Part shown: one piece after another, positions 8,579 to 19,841 of the stretch
How the letters are laid out: each line of letters begins with the position of its first letter
Position numbering within the stretch: the stretch's first letter is position 1
Assembly (NCBI GenBank): GCA_018220985.1
Contig: JAAOXS010000005.1
Coordinates: 1-54,657, forward strand
Source of the DNA: Nanobdellota archaeon
Lineage (GTDB): Archaea; Nanobdellota; Nanobdellia; PEZQ01
Direction: 5' to 3'
DNA: 54,657 nucleotides
Notes under the pieces: model-generated
Database searches by the model: none
Seen by the model: the letters and a program-made list of their open reading frames with translations, nothing else
What the model was told of the DNA's origin: nothing
Made by a program: the position numbers and the translations under genes

Positions 8579-9502
8579 ATGTTTAGTTTTTTGAAAAAGA
8601 AAAAGGGTGGGAATGTTCGTGTTAGTGTTCGCAATCTTGTTGTTTCAAGAGGGAATAAGAAAATCATTTGCGGTTTATCTTTTAATGTTAGTAAAGGTCA
8701 AATATATGGTGTTGTTGGTTTAAGTGGTAGTGGTAAATCAACAGTTCTAAAATCTCTTGTAGGACTATTATTAAAACAAGGTTATGTTAAGTTATTCGGA
8801 TGTTATGGTTACTGTCCTCAAGAGGACGCGTTTTTTGAGGATTTGACAGTTAAGGAGAATCTTGTTTTGTTCGGTTCGTTAAGTGGTGTGCAGGAAGAAA
8901 AAGTTCTTAAAAAAGGAGTAGTTTTGTTAAAACAATTATTGATGTTTGATAAATTAGATTCTGTTTCAAGTAGTTTGAGCGGCGGTCAAAAAAAGCGTTT
9001 GAACATTATTCTTTCAATTCTTCATTCTCCTAAAATAATTATTCTCGACGAGCCTTTTGCGGGTTTAGATTATTATAATCGTAAAGTTTTATGGAGTTTT
9101 TTAAGGCATTTGAAGAATACAGGTTATACGATTTTGTTAACAACCCATTTATTAAATGAGGCTGAGGATAATTGTAGTGAAGTTCTAGTTTTAAAGAATG
9201 GTAAGAAATTTGCTGCAGGTAGTGTTAAGCAAATATTGAAGCGCAGAGGCGTTGACGTTGTTATTAGTTTAAGAACGAATTACGTTAATAAAGATAAAGA
9301 AGAGGATATTAAGATTTATTGTAAACGTAATAAGGTTCGCGTGTTAGAATTGAAAAAGAACTCTATAATTCTCGCATTATCATATGTTAATAAAGGTTTA
9401 TTTTATTCTTTTCTTTCTCGTAAAAAAATTGTTTTTGAAGAAGTTTTTTCACGAGTCCCTGAATTGGATGACGTGTTTTTGATGAGTGTTGAAAATGTTT
9501 AA
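8579..9502 (+). CDS. ABC transporter ATP-binding protein
   Basis: GLSGSGKS Walker A, LSGGQ signature, LDEP Walker B. Confidence 0.95.
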   Translation: MFSFLKKKKGGNVRVSVRNLVVSRGNKKIICGLSFNVSKGQIYGVVGLSGSGKSTVLKSLVGLLLKQGYVKLFGCYGYCPQEDAFFEDLTVKENLVLFGSLSGVQEEKVLKKGVVLLKQLLMFDKLDSVSSSLSGGQKKRLNIILSILHSPKIIILDEPFAGLDYYNRKVLWSFLRHLKNTGYTILLTTHLLNEAEDNCSEVLVLKNGKKFAAGSVKQILKRRGVDVVISLRTNYVNKDKEEDIKIYCKRNKVRVLELKKNSIILALSYVNKGLFYSFLSRKKIVFEEVFSRVPELDDVFLMSVENV

Positions 9503-10736
9503 GCCGAGAACTTTTGAAATGGTGAAGAAAGAGGTATTAATACTTATTAGGCGTCGTAAGTTTTTGGTTCTTATCATTTTATTACCTTTTGTTCTTGGTG
9601 GTTTAATGGCGATTCTTCCTTCTTTAACAACTTTTAACGATGTTAAAATTGGTTTGTGCGATTTGGATAATTCGGTTTTATCTTCACGTTTTGTTAATGA
9701 AGTTATGTCTTCTTTTTCAACTGTTATTTTTAATGAGTCTGAAAGTTTTTGCGTTGAAGAATTAAGCCGTGGCGTGAAGAGTGATGCTTACACTATTGGA
9801 ATTATTGTTAGTGATGGTTTTGAAAGTGATTTGTCTAATTTATCAAAAGCGAATTTAGGCGTATTTTATGATAATAGTGATTTTCGTTTTGAAACGTATT
9901 TGGATTGGTTTATTTATTCTGCGCTTAGTGGTTTTAAAACAAGTATTGCTCGTGAAGGTGAAATAAAGTTAAAATCTGAAGTTGAAGGTGTTTACACTCT
10001 TGCTGTTAGTGTTCAATCTATTACAAAGGGTTTTGATAATGTCATTTCTGATAATGTTGATTCTTTTGTTTCAACTTTAGAGTTAGTTAAAAATTTGGAT
10101 GTGAGTTTTTTATCAGATCCAGTGGTTGTGAATAAAAATGGTGTGTACGATATTTCAAGTCCGTCAGCAACTGCTTTTCCATTAGTTGTGGGTGTTCTGT
10201 CAGTTTTTACTTTGCTCATGTTATCATCTACCAGCGTTATTTTTGACAGGAAGTCAAAATATTTGGTTAGGATTAGAACGAGTAAGACTTTTTTGTTAAG
10301 TTATTTGTTCGCTAAGTGCGTTGTATTTTTTTTAGTTAGTCTTGTTCAATTCACAATTTTATTTTTGTTATTTTTAGTTTTAGGCGCGAGTTTTAACATT
10401 AATATCATAGGATTATTTGTTGTTTTAATTCTTGTTTCTTGCGTGAACACGTTAATAGGTATGGTTATTGGTTTTGTTAGTGAGAACGAAACTGTTGCAA
10501 TTCTATTCTCATTACTTTTAACTCTTCCTTTTTTGTTTATTAGTGGTATTTTTTATCCGATTGAAATGTTTCCAGGATTTATACGTTTTTTCGCTGAAGT
10601 TTTCCCTTTAAAACTGGAGATTGAATTAATCAAGTCTTCAAGCGTGTTCGGTGTTCACGCATCAATTATTAATTTAGGAATTTACTGCGCTGTTTTAGGA
10701 GTTGTTAACTGGTTATTTTTAAAATTGAAAAATTAA
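9486..10736 (+). CDS. ABC-2 type permease
   Basis: Adjacent to the ATPase; N-terminal TM, extracellular domain, C-terminal TM bundle with SGIFYPIE. Confidence 0.9.
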   Translation: MLKMFKPRTFEMVKKEVLILIRRRKFLVLIILLPFVLGGLMAILPSLTTFNDVKIGLCDLDNSVLSSRFVNEVMSSFSTVIFNESESFCVEELSRGVKSDAYTIGIIVSDGFESDLSNLSKANLGVFYDNSDFRFETYLDWFIYSALSGFKTSIAREGEIKLKSEVEGVYTLAVSVQSITKGFDNVISDNVDSFVSTLELVKNLDVSFLSDPVVVNKNGVYDISSPSATAFPLVVGVLSVFTLLMLSSTSVIFDRKSKYLVRIRTSKTFLLSYLFAKCVVFFLVSLVQFTILFLLFLVLGASFNINIIGLFVVLILVSCVNTLIGMVIGFVSENETVAILFSLLLTLPFLFISGIFYPIEMFPGFIRFFAEVFPLKLEIELIKSSSVFGVHASIINLGIYCAVLGVVNWLFLKLKN

Positions 10737-10843
10737 GGGCAAGTGCAGTACTTGGCAGCTTCAAAATTAATTAATAAAAAAAGCATTATTAATAAGCAAA
10801 TCATCATAATTAAGTACGTAATTTTTTGTGCACGGTAGCTCAT
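10733..10843 (-). CDS. Putative 36-aa membrane peptide
   Basis: Manual translation MSYRAQKITYLIMMICLLIMLFLLINFEAAKYCTCP fills the intergenic gap. Confidence 0.35.
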   Translation of the reverse strand: MSYRAQKITYLIMMICLLIMLFLLINFEAAKYCTCP

Positions 10844-10897
10844 AAAAAGTTTTGAGTAAGGTGAAGTTATTAAATTATTATTTCCTACATAATATGG

Positions 10898-11659
10898 ATG
10901 AAAAAGAGTTTTGGAAAAAAAGATTATGTTATTATTTTTTCTTACATTCTTGTTTTCTTAGCAGGCTTGTTGTTTCCAAGAAACATTTATTATTCTGAAA
11001 CGCAAGAACTTCCAATTCTACATTTATCAAATCCTTTTGTTTTAAAAAGTTCTTTTAGTGTTGTAGCAGTTAATAATGCAGGTTTTGGAAGTGTTGGAAA
11101 CATTAGTGTGGAAATTTTAGCTGGTAGTGGTAGGGTTTTATTGAATACTAATCCTTTTGTTGAAACAGATACTCAAGTCAGTGTTGAAATTGCAAAGCAA
11201 GTTGCTGAAAGCGTGTGTGGTTATTCATTAAACGATAAAGATATTATTGTAACATTTGATATTGATGGTGTTGTTGTTGGTGGCCATTCAGCTGGCGCAG
11301 CTACTGCTGTAACAATTATTGCAGCGGTTTTAGAAAAAGAATTGAATGATAGTGTTGCTTTAACTGGCACTATTGATTTTAACGGGAACGTAGGAAATAT
11401 TGATGGGTTAATTGGAAAAGCGCAGGCTGTTGGTGAGGCTGGTAAAGAATTGTTTTTAATTCCGAAAGGGCAGAACAATATAACATATTACGAGCGGGAA
11501 GTTGTTGAGGAAGAAATTTTGTCAGGTTTTGTTTTTAGGAGTTTTAAGTACGTGCCTAAATTTTTTGATTTGAATAATTATACTCAAGCAGAGTGGAACT
11601 TAACAGTTGTTGAAGTTAGTAATATTAGTGAAGTGTTATTTTATATTTTAAATTCTTAG
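10898..11659 (+). CDS. Membrane-anchored Lon-type (S16) serine protease domain protein
   Basis: GGHSAG catalytic Ser, ALTGTI...G.VG.I.GL.GK dyad Lys; N-terminal TM; no AAA domain. Confidence 0.85.
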   Translation: MKKSFGKKDYVIIFSYILVFLAGLLFPRNIYYSETQELPILHLSNPFVLKSSFSVVAVNNAGFGSVGNISVEILAGSGRVLLNTNPFVETDTQVSVEIAKQVAESVCGYSLNDKDIIVTFDIDGVVVGGHSAGAATAVTIIAAVLEKELNDSVALTGTIDFNGNVGNIDGLIGKAQAVGEAGKELFLIPKGQNNITYYEREVVEEEILSGFVFRSFKYVPKFFDLNNYTQAEWNLTVVEVSNISEVLFYILNS

Positions 11660-12412
11660 TTCACTGATTATTGGTAAGTGGTCTGATAAATTGCTTTGCA
11701 ATACCTTTGTGGTTAATAATTTTATTTCGGGTGTTGCAAGTACGTGGTCCAGTCTATGTTGCGGATCCCAAGAAGGGTACGTGTTTTGAGTTTTTATTTC
11801 TTGGAAGTCTGTTTTTTTTCTTAGTGTTTTGTATTCTTTCCATTTGTCTGAACAGTTTAAGTCACCGCAAAGTATTAGTGGTTTTTTTCTATTGTTTACC
11901 ATGTTTATTATTTTTTTTATTTGCCAAGGTCTGCTTAAAGTAATTTTATTAGATAAGTTAACATTAACTGCTGTTGATAAGTGCGTGTTTATTAAGTCAA
12001 TTTCTTTATTGTTTATTTTAAAAGTTATAAGGTTTGAGTATCTGCTGAATATTATAACTGGTAGTTTGAGTTTTTCAGTTTTAACAACTTTCTGATTTGT
12101 AAACACTAAGTTTGAGAGTTTTAAGTAAAATGGAAATAGTGTGTTGCTAGTTGAGTGAACTTTTTTTAATCCAGTGATGTTTTCTATTATCTTATCCTGT
12201 TTTACACCACCATTTTTTTTTGAACCTAAGTTAACTTCTTGTAAGCAAACAATATCGGGTTTTTGTTTTTTTATTAATTCCCCTATTTTAGTTATTACTT
12301 CTCCATTTTTAGGGTTCGGGAACAACCATCCTTTTGTGGTTTTAAAATAATTACCAGTATTCCTTCCGCTCCCAAATGCAATATTATAAGTTAATAATTT
12401 TATTTTTGTCAT
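11648..12412 (-). CDS. Endonuclease/exonuclease/phosphatase (EEP) family protein
   Basis: TYNI, LQEV, NTHL, GDLN, RLDHV, SDHLP motifs. Confidence 0.92.
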   Translation of the reverse strand: MTKIKLLTYNIAFGSGRNTGNYFKTTKGWLFPNPKNGEVITKIGELIKKQKPDIVCLQEVNLGSKKNGGVKQDKIIENITGLKKVHSTSNTLFPFYLKLSNLVFTNQKVVKTEKLKLPVIIFSRYSNLITFKINNKEIDLINTHLSTAVNVNLSNKITLSRPWQIKKIINMVNNRKKPLILCGDLNCSDKWKEYKTLRKKTDFQEIKTQNTYPSWDPQHRLDHVLATPEIKLLTTKVLQSNLSDHLPIISELRI

Positions 12413-12630
12413 CTAAATATCTTTAATATTATTCTTTAATTAGTTTTGCGTTCCGCAATTAGTTTTAAGTATTTGACTTGAGAAAAAAACTGTTCAGTAA
12501 CCTTTATAAATGTTTTAACGTTTTGTTATTCTTGCCGTAAGAACGTATCGGGTTCGACCCTGAAACATAAACCAGTTTCATCTTGGTTGTTAGTGAGGGT
12601 GTTCGATTTCCACTTGCGGATTCAGAATCT

Positions 12631-14294
<1,664 letters not shown>

Positions 14295-14326
14295 AACCTT
14301 TTTTTTTTAAAAGAAATGTTAGTGTA

Positions 14327-14935
14327 GTGTTAGCTATGAAATCATTGGATAAGTTAATGTTAGAATTGTACGTGATTAAGTCAGATAGAGTGCTTCATTA
14401 CAAAACTGTACCTAAACTTGTTAAATTCGTAGTTGGAATGATTTCTGAAGAATTAGATGTTAGTAAATTATTTTTTGCTGCTAAATATCATGATATTGGA
14501 AGGTTATGGTATTCTAAGGGGAGGAATGCTTTTTTTCATCAGTACGCTACTTTCTTAATTCTTAAGAAGCATGGTTTTGAAAAAGAGGGTGATATTGCTA
14601 TGCGTCATGATTGTTTTGGTTGGACTCCTGAAGAAACTCGTAGAGTTGGTTTTAATAAAGAATTCAAAACGAGTAATCCAATTGATTTAATCCCAAATAG
14701 TGTTGAATCAAAGATTTTAGCTTTAGTTGATTCTCTTAGGGGATGGGATAATAAACATGAGGATTTGTGGAATCCGAAAAAGTTACATCCTACTACGAAA
14801 AAATTTTATGCTAGTATTGGGTCGCCTGATTTTTTTCTCAGTCGTAAAAAACGGATGGTTACAGAATTAGAAAAATTAGGGTTGAATACGCAAAAAGTTA
14901 TTGAAAAAGCTAAGAAATTGTATTCTGTTTCATAA
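14327..14935 (+). CDS. HD-domain phosphohydrolase
   Basis: H...YHDIGR...H...RH...LVD metal-ligand pattern. Confidence 0.8.
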   Translation: MLAMKSLDKLMLELYVIKSDRVLHYKTVPKLVKFVVGMISEELDVSKLFFAAKYHDIGRLWYSKGRNAFFHQYATFLILKKHGFEKEGDIAMRHDCFGWTPEETRRVGFNKEFKTSNPIDLIPNSVESKILALVDSLRGWDNKHEDLWNPKKLHPTTKKFYASIGSPDFFLSRKKRMVTELEKLGLNTQKVIEKAKKLYSVS

Positions 14936-14962
14936 ATTTTTAATAATTATATTCTTAATAAT

Positions 14963-15358
14963 ATGTTTATGATAAAGAAAATTCCCACAATTACTGTTCC
15001 TAATATTTTTGAGTTTTCTAGTTCGTATTTTCGTTTTGTTAGTGATTACTTAACGCAAGTTAAGAATAAGGGTATAATTGTTGATTTGGTTGGTAAAGAT
15101 GAGTATGATCTTTTAATTGAAAATAGTTTATCAAGTATTATTAGATCTAAAATTACAAATTTTGAGGAGCGTATTTTTGGAATAGTGTACAATAAGGGTC
15201 GTATTGATTTTTATCCCCATATCATTTCTTTTTCAGATAGTTTTGTTGAAGGAAGTGAGGAAAAAAAGGTTTTTAAAAAATTAAAGGAATTGCTTAAAGG
15301 TTTAAGTAAATCAGAAAATCTTTCTGATTCAATTTTTCTTGATGAGTTAAGTGAATAA
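14963..15358 (+). CDS. Hypothetical protein
   Basis: ORF with upstream TATA-like element; no motif recognised. Confidence 0.6.
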   Translation: MFMIKKIPTITVPNIFEFSSSYFRFVSDYLTQVKNKGIIVDLVGKDEYDLLIENSLSSIIRSKITNFEERIFGIVYNKGRIDFYPHIISFSDSFVEGSEEKKVFKKLKELLKGLSKSENLSDSIFLDELSE

Positions 15359-15392
15359 ACATTTATAAATTTTAAAAGTGTAATATTTTTTA

Positions 15393-16145
15393 ATGGCTGT
15401 TTTTGGGGATATAAGTGCCATGATTAATGTTGGCGCAGTTTTAGTACTCATAATTAGTTTAATCATGGTTGGCGCAACACTAAATGTTGCAGCACCCTTA
15501 GCGCTTGGTGGCGTGTTTGGATCAGCATTACCTTATATTATTTCAGTTATGCGAATGTTCCAACCATTATTTGATTTGTTAGGTAATATAATTCCTTTTC
15601 TAGGTATTTTCATAAAAGATTTACCTGATATTTTAGCTCTTATTGTAAATCAAATTGGCTTTGAGGCACGTTCGCTAGGAATAATTGCATTTTGGTTTGG
15701 TAGATTCATGTGGGGTGTTTTATTCGGTGTTCCTTTTACAATTACTAAAAGGTTTTTGGATAGATATGAAAACGGTCTTCAGAGAGGTATTATAACACTT
15801 TTTGGAGTGTTTTTATCCATTTGTGTTTTCATGTTAATGCTTGTTCAATTATCCAATATTGGTTGTGGTTATGTGGATAGTCTTTGTTCATTACAACAAG
15901 GAATGTACGCTGCTTCAATCCCTCTTTTTTTGATTGGAACATTTATTGCAAATATTGGTTTATTTTCTATTACGCTCAAATCAGCTTATGATAGGGGCGG
16001 ATTGTCTGGTGAGAATTTAAAAGAGAATGCTATTGATATTTTTTCAACTATGTTCATAATTGGAGTTTTCAGTTTCCGCGTTTGGATCCCAGCCATAGCA
16101 GGTTGGGGAATGAGTAGTGGGATAGTAACTAGTCTTCCTTGGTAA
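15393..16145 (+). CDS. Hypothetical polytopic membrane protein
   Basis: Multiple hydrophobic segments; TTTATAAA about 31 nt upstream. Confidence 0.7.
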   Translation: MAVFGDISAMINVGAVLVLIISLIMVGATLNVAAPLALGGVFGSALPYIISVMRMFQPLFDLLGNIIPFLGIFIKDLPDILALIVNQIGFEARSLGIIAFWFGRFMWGVLFGVPFTITKRFLDRYENGLQRGIITLFGVFLSICVFMLMLVQLSNIGCGYVDSLCSLQQGMYAASIPLFLIGTFIANIGLFSITLKSAYDRGGLSGENLKENAIDIFSTMFIIGVFSFRVWIPAIAGWGMSSGIVTSLPW

Positions 16146-16180
16146 AGTTTATAAAGCGTTCTTCCGTGTTTTTTTTGGTT

Positions 16181-16253
16181 GGGCTCGTAGCTCACTCGGT
16201 AGAGCGCCGCCCTTGCAAGGCGGAGGCAGTGGGTTCGATACCCACCGAGTCCA
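16181..16253 (+). tRNA. tRNA-Ala(UGC)
   Basis: G3:U70 in GGGCTCG/CGAGTCC, CCGCC-CTTGCAA-GGCGG anticodon arm. Confidence 0.95.
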
Positions 16254-16318
16254 CTTCCGTTAATTTTTCCAGATTAGTTCCGAAATACTTTTGATAATAG
16301 GATTGCGTGTAGTATAAT

Positions 16319-16840
16319 ATGAAATTGGTTTTCTTGTATGGTTCTCCTGCAGTAGGTAAATTAACTGTTGCTAAAGAACTTGAGAAAATCACAGATTATA
16401 AAATCTTTCACAATCATGTTACCTTAAATTTGGTTAAAGAATATGTGAAAAAATTAAGTAGAGTATTTAGAACTTCTGAAAAAGTTAGGTTAGTAATGTT
16501 TGATTCAATGGCAAAAGAGGCAGAAGGATTAATTTTCACGTATTGCTATTCAAAACCTGAAGATGATTGGTTTGTGAAAGAAGTGATTAATGTACTAAAA
16601 AAGAACAAGAGTGAGGTTTGTTTTGTTCATTTAAAAACCAGTAAGGAAGAATTAATGAAAAGGGTTAATAATAATTCAAGAAAAAAGTATAACAAAATAA
16701 GAACAAGAAAGAAGTTAGACGAGAATTTAAAAAAACACAAGTTTGTAGAAATCGGGTTTGTGAATAATTTAGTAATTGATAATACTTCTGTAAAAGCTAA
16801 AGATACTGCATTAAAGATTAAAAAACATTTCAAACTATGA
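16319..16840 (+). CDS. P-loop nucleotide-kinase-like protein
   Basis: VFLYGSPAVGKLT Walker A and lid-like EELMKRV..SR motif. Confidence 0.8.
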   Translation: MKLVFLYGSPAVGKLTVAKELEKITDYKIFHNHVTLNLVKEYVKKLSRVFRTSEKVRLVMFDSMAKEAEGLIFTYCYSKPEDDWFVKEVINVLKKNKSEVCFVHLKTSKEELMKRVNNNSRKKYNKIRTRKKLDENLKKHKFVEIGFVNNLVIDNTSVKAKDTALKIKKHFKL

Positions 16841-17292
16841 AAGCTGCTTTGAATCCAAAACACTTGTGGCACGGTTCAATTAGTAAAAACAAAGTGCTAA
16901 AACCAAAAATGGCAGTTGACCTAACAGGTCATCCCGACAGTAATTTAAAAGGTGTTTACGCAACAGACATAAAAGAATTAGCAATAGAATTTGGACTGGC
17001 TGATAAAAAATTGCATAAATACGCAGATTACACAAAAAATCCAGTGCAGTTAGTGCTGATAGAAGGAAACATTAGAATTGGGAAAAAATTTTATTTACAC
17101 AGAATCAAAAGCGAAAATTTTAAAGAAATGCCAAAAAATTCTCATCAATGGTTCTCTCATAAAGAAATTAAACCAGCAGAGATAATAGAATTAAAAGTAG
17201 ATGATTACAAACACTTAGTTAGAAAAGCAAGCAAAAAAGACAAGGAATATTATTATAGTATGATAGGAAAATTTCTTAAAGAAAATGACTGA
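16837..17292 (+). CDS. Hypothetical protein, possible ADP-ribosyltransferase-like (H-Y) fold
   Basis: LWHGS...L.P...GVYAT...A..F pattern resembles the N-terminus of Arr/ART-like proteins. Confidence 0.45.
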   Translation: MKAALNPKHLWHGSISKNKVLKPKMAVDLTGHPDSNLKGVYATDIKELAIEFGLADKKLHKYADYTKNPVQLVLIEGNIRIGKKFYLHRIKSENFKEMPKNSHQWFSHKEIKPAEIIELKVDDYKHLVRKASKKDKEYYYSMIGKFLKEND

Positions 17293-17394
17293 GTGATAAA
17301 CCATGAAAGCTGCTTTGAACCCTAAACCACTCCGAAACCACCCAAGAACCAATCCGGAAAATAAAAGTAGCGTCACGGAAAACGCAAGTGAGAC

Positions 17395-17413
17395 ACCCAC
17401 CGAGTCCACTTCC
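17395..17413 (+). repeat. att-like direct repeat of the tRNA-Ala 3' end
   Basis: ACCCACCGAGTCCACTTCC is identical to 16240-16258. Confidence 0.9.
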
Positions 17414-17458
17414 AATTCATTTTTAAGAAATTATTAAGTTATAATATACTAATATACT

Positions 17459-17703
17459 ATGACATTAAATCAATTAAAATTGCTGATTTTGAAAAAAAAG
17501 CGGGTTTTGATAAAACACGTGCTGAAATATTAATACAAATGTTGAAGAAAGAAATTAAAATACTTGAAAAAAGCCCTAACAACAAAAATAAGATAATGGA
17601 TGTTATTGTTTTAGCACTTCAACTCGCGAACAGATTTAACATTGATTTGGACAAAGAATGGGTAGAACAACTCAAAAGAAAACAAAAATACTTACGGAAA
17701 TGA
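17459..17703 (+). pseudogene. Frameshifted, degenerate MazG-like all-alpha NTP pyrophosphohydrolase
   Basis: ATG at 17459 (MTLNQLK) is out of frame with IADFEKK...IMDVIVLALQLANRFNIDLDKEW...; the LANR.NIDL tail is MazG-like. Confidence 0.45.
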
Positions 17704-17824
17704 AAAATAACACTCTGTAAAACAATTATACAATTTTTAATAGTGTCCATTTCAACATTTTTTTTTCTTTTATTAAAAGGCAAGTTCATAAATTCTTTTA
17801 TATTATAAATAGTGTTATCATTGT

Positions 17825-18424
17825 ATGAAGTTTTATGTTGCTTCTCGTTTTTCCAATAAAGAAGAAGTACGTGATTTATTCAAAAAATTAAAAGAATTAG
17901 GTCATGAAATAACTGCTGATTGGACTCTTCATAAACCACTCAAACCATATGAAGAAAATCCAAAAATATCAAGAGAATACGCTGTAGAAGATATCAATGG
18001 TGTTCGTGAAGCTGATGTTTTTGTAATATTAAACGCGAATGGCGGAACAGGAGTGCATACAGAGCTTGGTGTTGCCATCCAATCACGTCTAGAAAAAGGA
18101 AAACCCGAAATTTACGTTATAGGAAAACACAACACGAACAGCTTAATGTATTTTCATCCAACAGTAGTGCTTTTAAACAATGTGGATGAATTATTAGAAA
18201 AAATTCAAAATAGAATAAGAAAAGGAGTTTACAAGCATTATAAAGGAAAATTGTACGAAGTTTTAGGTGTTGGCCATCATAGCGAAACACTTGAAGAACT
18301 AGTATTTTACCATGCAGTAGGTGAAAATCGTTTATGGGTCAGACTTAAAAAAATGTTTTTTGAAATGATTGAAGTTAATGGGAAAAAAGTTTCTCGTTTC
18401 AATTTTATTGCAAATAAATTGTAA
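17825..18424 (+). CDS. Nucleoside 2-deoxyribosyltransferase-like domain fused to DUF1653
   Basis: FYVAS...EDINGVREADVF...GTGVHTELGVA, then GVYKHYKGKLYEVLGVGHHSETLEELVFY. Confidence 0.8.
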   Translation: MKFYVASRFSNKEEVRDLFKKLKELGHEITADWTLHKPLKPYEENPKISREYAVEDINGVREADVFVILNANGGTGVHTELGVAIQSRLEKGKPEIYVIGKHNTNSLMYFHPTVVLLNNVDELLEKIQNRIRKGVYKHYKGKLYEVLGVGHHSETLEELVFYHAVGENRLWVRLKKMFFEMIEVNGKKVSRFNFIANKL

Positions 18425-18428
18425 AATA

Positions 18429-19022
18429 TTAATACCAGGGGTGGTATTTCATTAATCGTTCAAGTATTAGTTCATGATTTCCTTCTGGCACGCCTAATAA
18501 AATTATTTTTTTAAATAAAGTTTTAAATAATTCTTGAACTGTTAAAAAAAATAAGTTTAAATCATTAACTTGAGCGGGCGCGCCTGAGAAAGAGATTTTG
18601 AAACCTTCACCGTAAACGTACTTAAAATCGTTATAAGCGCGCTTCACGTGATAATTATTAGTAACAACTAATAGGTTAGTCCAATTATTTTCGAGAATAA
18701 TTCGTTTTGTGTAAACAGCATTTCCAACGGTGTCCAATGAATCGTTTTCAATAATTACTGGCACGTTAACATATTTTAAAGCAAGATTTGAATAACCACC
18801 ACTCAAAATTAGTTTTTCACTTTCATTCATAAATTCTAATGCTAATAATATTCTTTCACGCCATTCTAATGAAATATCAGTGTCATTGTTTATTGTTTCA
18901 TGACCGAGAACGATTATCACATCGTAAGATAAAGCTGGTGTGATAAATAAAAACAATAAAAACAAGCTAATCTTTCGCGTTTTCATTTCCAAGTTCTTTA
19001 ATTGCTTTTTCGTATCTTTCAA
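18429..19022 (-). CDS. YdcF/DUF218-family protein
   Basis: IIVLG, LILSGG, SLDTVGNA, VVTNNYHVKRA motifs. Confidence 0.85.
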   Translation of the reverse strand: MKDTKKQLKNLEMKTRKISLFLLFLFITPALSYDVIIVLGHETINNDTDISLEWRERILLALEFMNESEKLILSGGYSNLALKYVNVPVIIENDSLDTVGNAVYTKRIILENNWTNLLVVTNNYHVKRAYNDFKYVYGEGFKISFSGAPAQVNDLNLFFLTVQELFKTLFKKIILLGVPEGNHELILERLMKYHPWY

Positions 19023-19806
19023 AAGTTCCTAAATCATACCATCTACCTTCAAAAGGGTATCCTGCAAGTTTGCCTTGTTCAGCTAGTTTTGGAAATAAAT
19101 CTGTTTCAACCATTGCATATCCTTCAGGGATTAAGTCAATAATTTCAGGTTCTAAAATGTATATTCCTGCACTGAAAAGGTTTGAAACAAATGTTTTTGG
19201 TTTTTCAACAAAACGCATTATCCTACTGCCCTGCATCACTGCAATTCCATAATTTTCAGGTGTATCAGTTGTTTTCAAACCAATTGTTCCAAGTCCGCCT
19301 CTTTTTTTGTGAAAAGAAAACATGTCATGTAAATCCACTTCTTTAAATTCGTCGCCATTCATCATTACAAAGCTTGATTTCAAAAAGGATTTAGCAAGTT
19401 TCAAACAGCCAGCAGTTCCTAAGGGTTTTTCTTCTTCAATGTATCGAATTTTCACTCCGAATTTACTGCCATTACCAAAGTATTCTTTTATTTGTTCTTT
19501 CAAGTAACCAACAGAAAGAAGTATGTCAGTAATGTCATGTTTTTTCAGCATTTCAATTAAGTGTTGTAAGAAAGGTCTTCCTTGAAGAGGAATCATCACT
19601 TTAGGAATTTCATAAGTAAGAGGTCTAAGCCTTGTTCCTTTTCCTCCTGCGAGTATTAACGCATGTTCAATCTTTTTCGTATTTAATGCTTTAGATAATA
19701 ATAATTCTATTGCATGACTTCTGCTACGCATTTTTGTTGAATCAATTAGCATATCTACCTGTTCAAGAATTGATTTGTTAAGTGTTAAAGATATTCTCTC
19801 TTTCAT
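18967..19806 (-). CDS. Ribbon-helix-helix + sugar-phosphate nucleotidyltransferase fusion
   Basis: N-terminal RISLTL...VD...RSRSHAIELLL (RHH); ILAGGKGTRLRPLT..PK, PLGTAG, FVEKP. Confidence 0.88.
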   Translation of the reverse strand: MKERISLTLNKSILEQVDMLIDSTKMRSRSHAIELLLSKALNTKKIEHALILAGGKGTRLRPLTYEIPKVMIPLQGRPFLQHLIEMLKKHDITDILLSVGYLKEQIKEYFGNGSKFGVKIRYIEEEKPLGTAGCLKLAKSFLKSSFVMMNGDEFKEVDLHDMFSFHKKRGGLGTIGLKTTDTPENYGIAVMQGSRIMRFVEKPKTFVSNLFSAGIYILEPEIIDLIPEGYAMVETDLFPKLAEQGKLAGYPFEGRWYDLGTFERYEKAIKELGNENAKD

Positions 19807-19841
19807 AAAAATTTATCATATAAAATATTATTTAAACATTG

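Noticed and set aside
10733-10843. Small ORF as a pilin (RAQ motif)
   Set aside because: A charged residue follows the motif, there is no +5 Glu and it is far from the pilus genes; kept only as a low-confidence peptide
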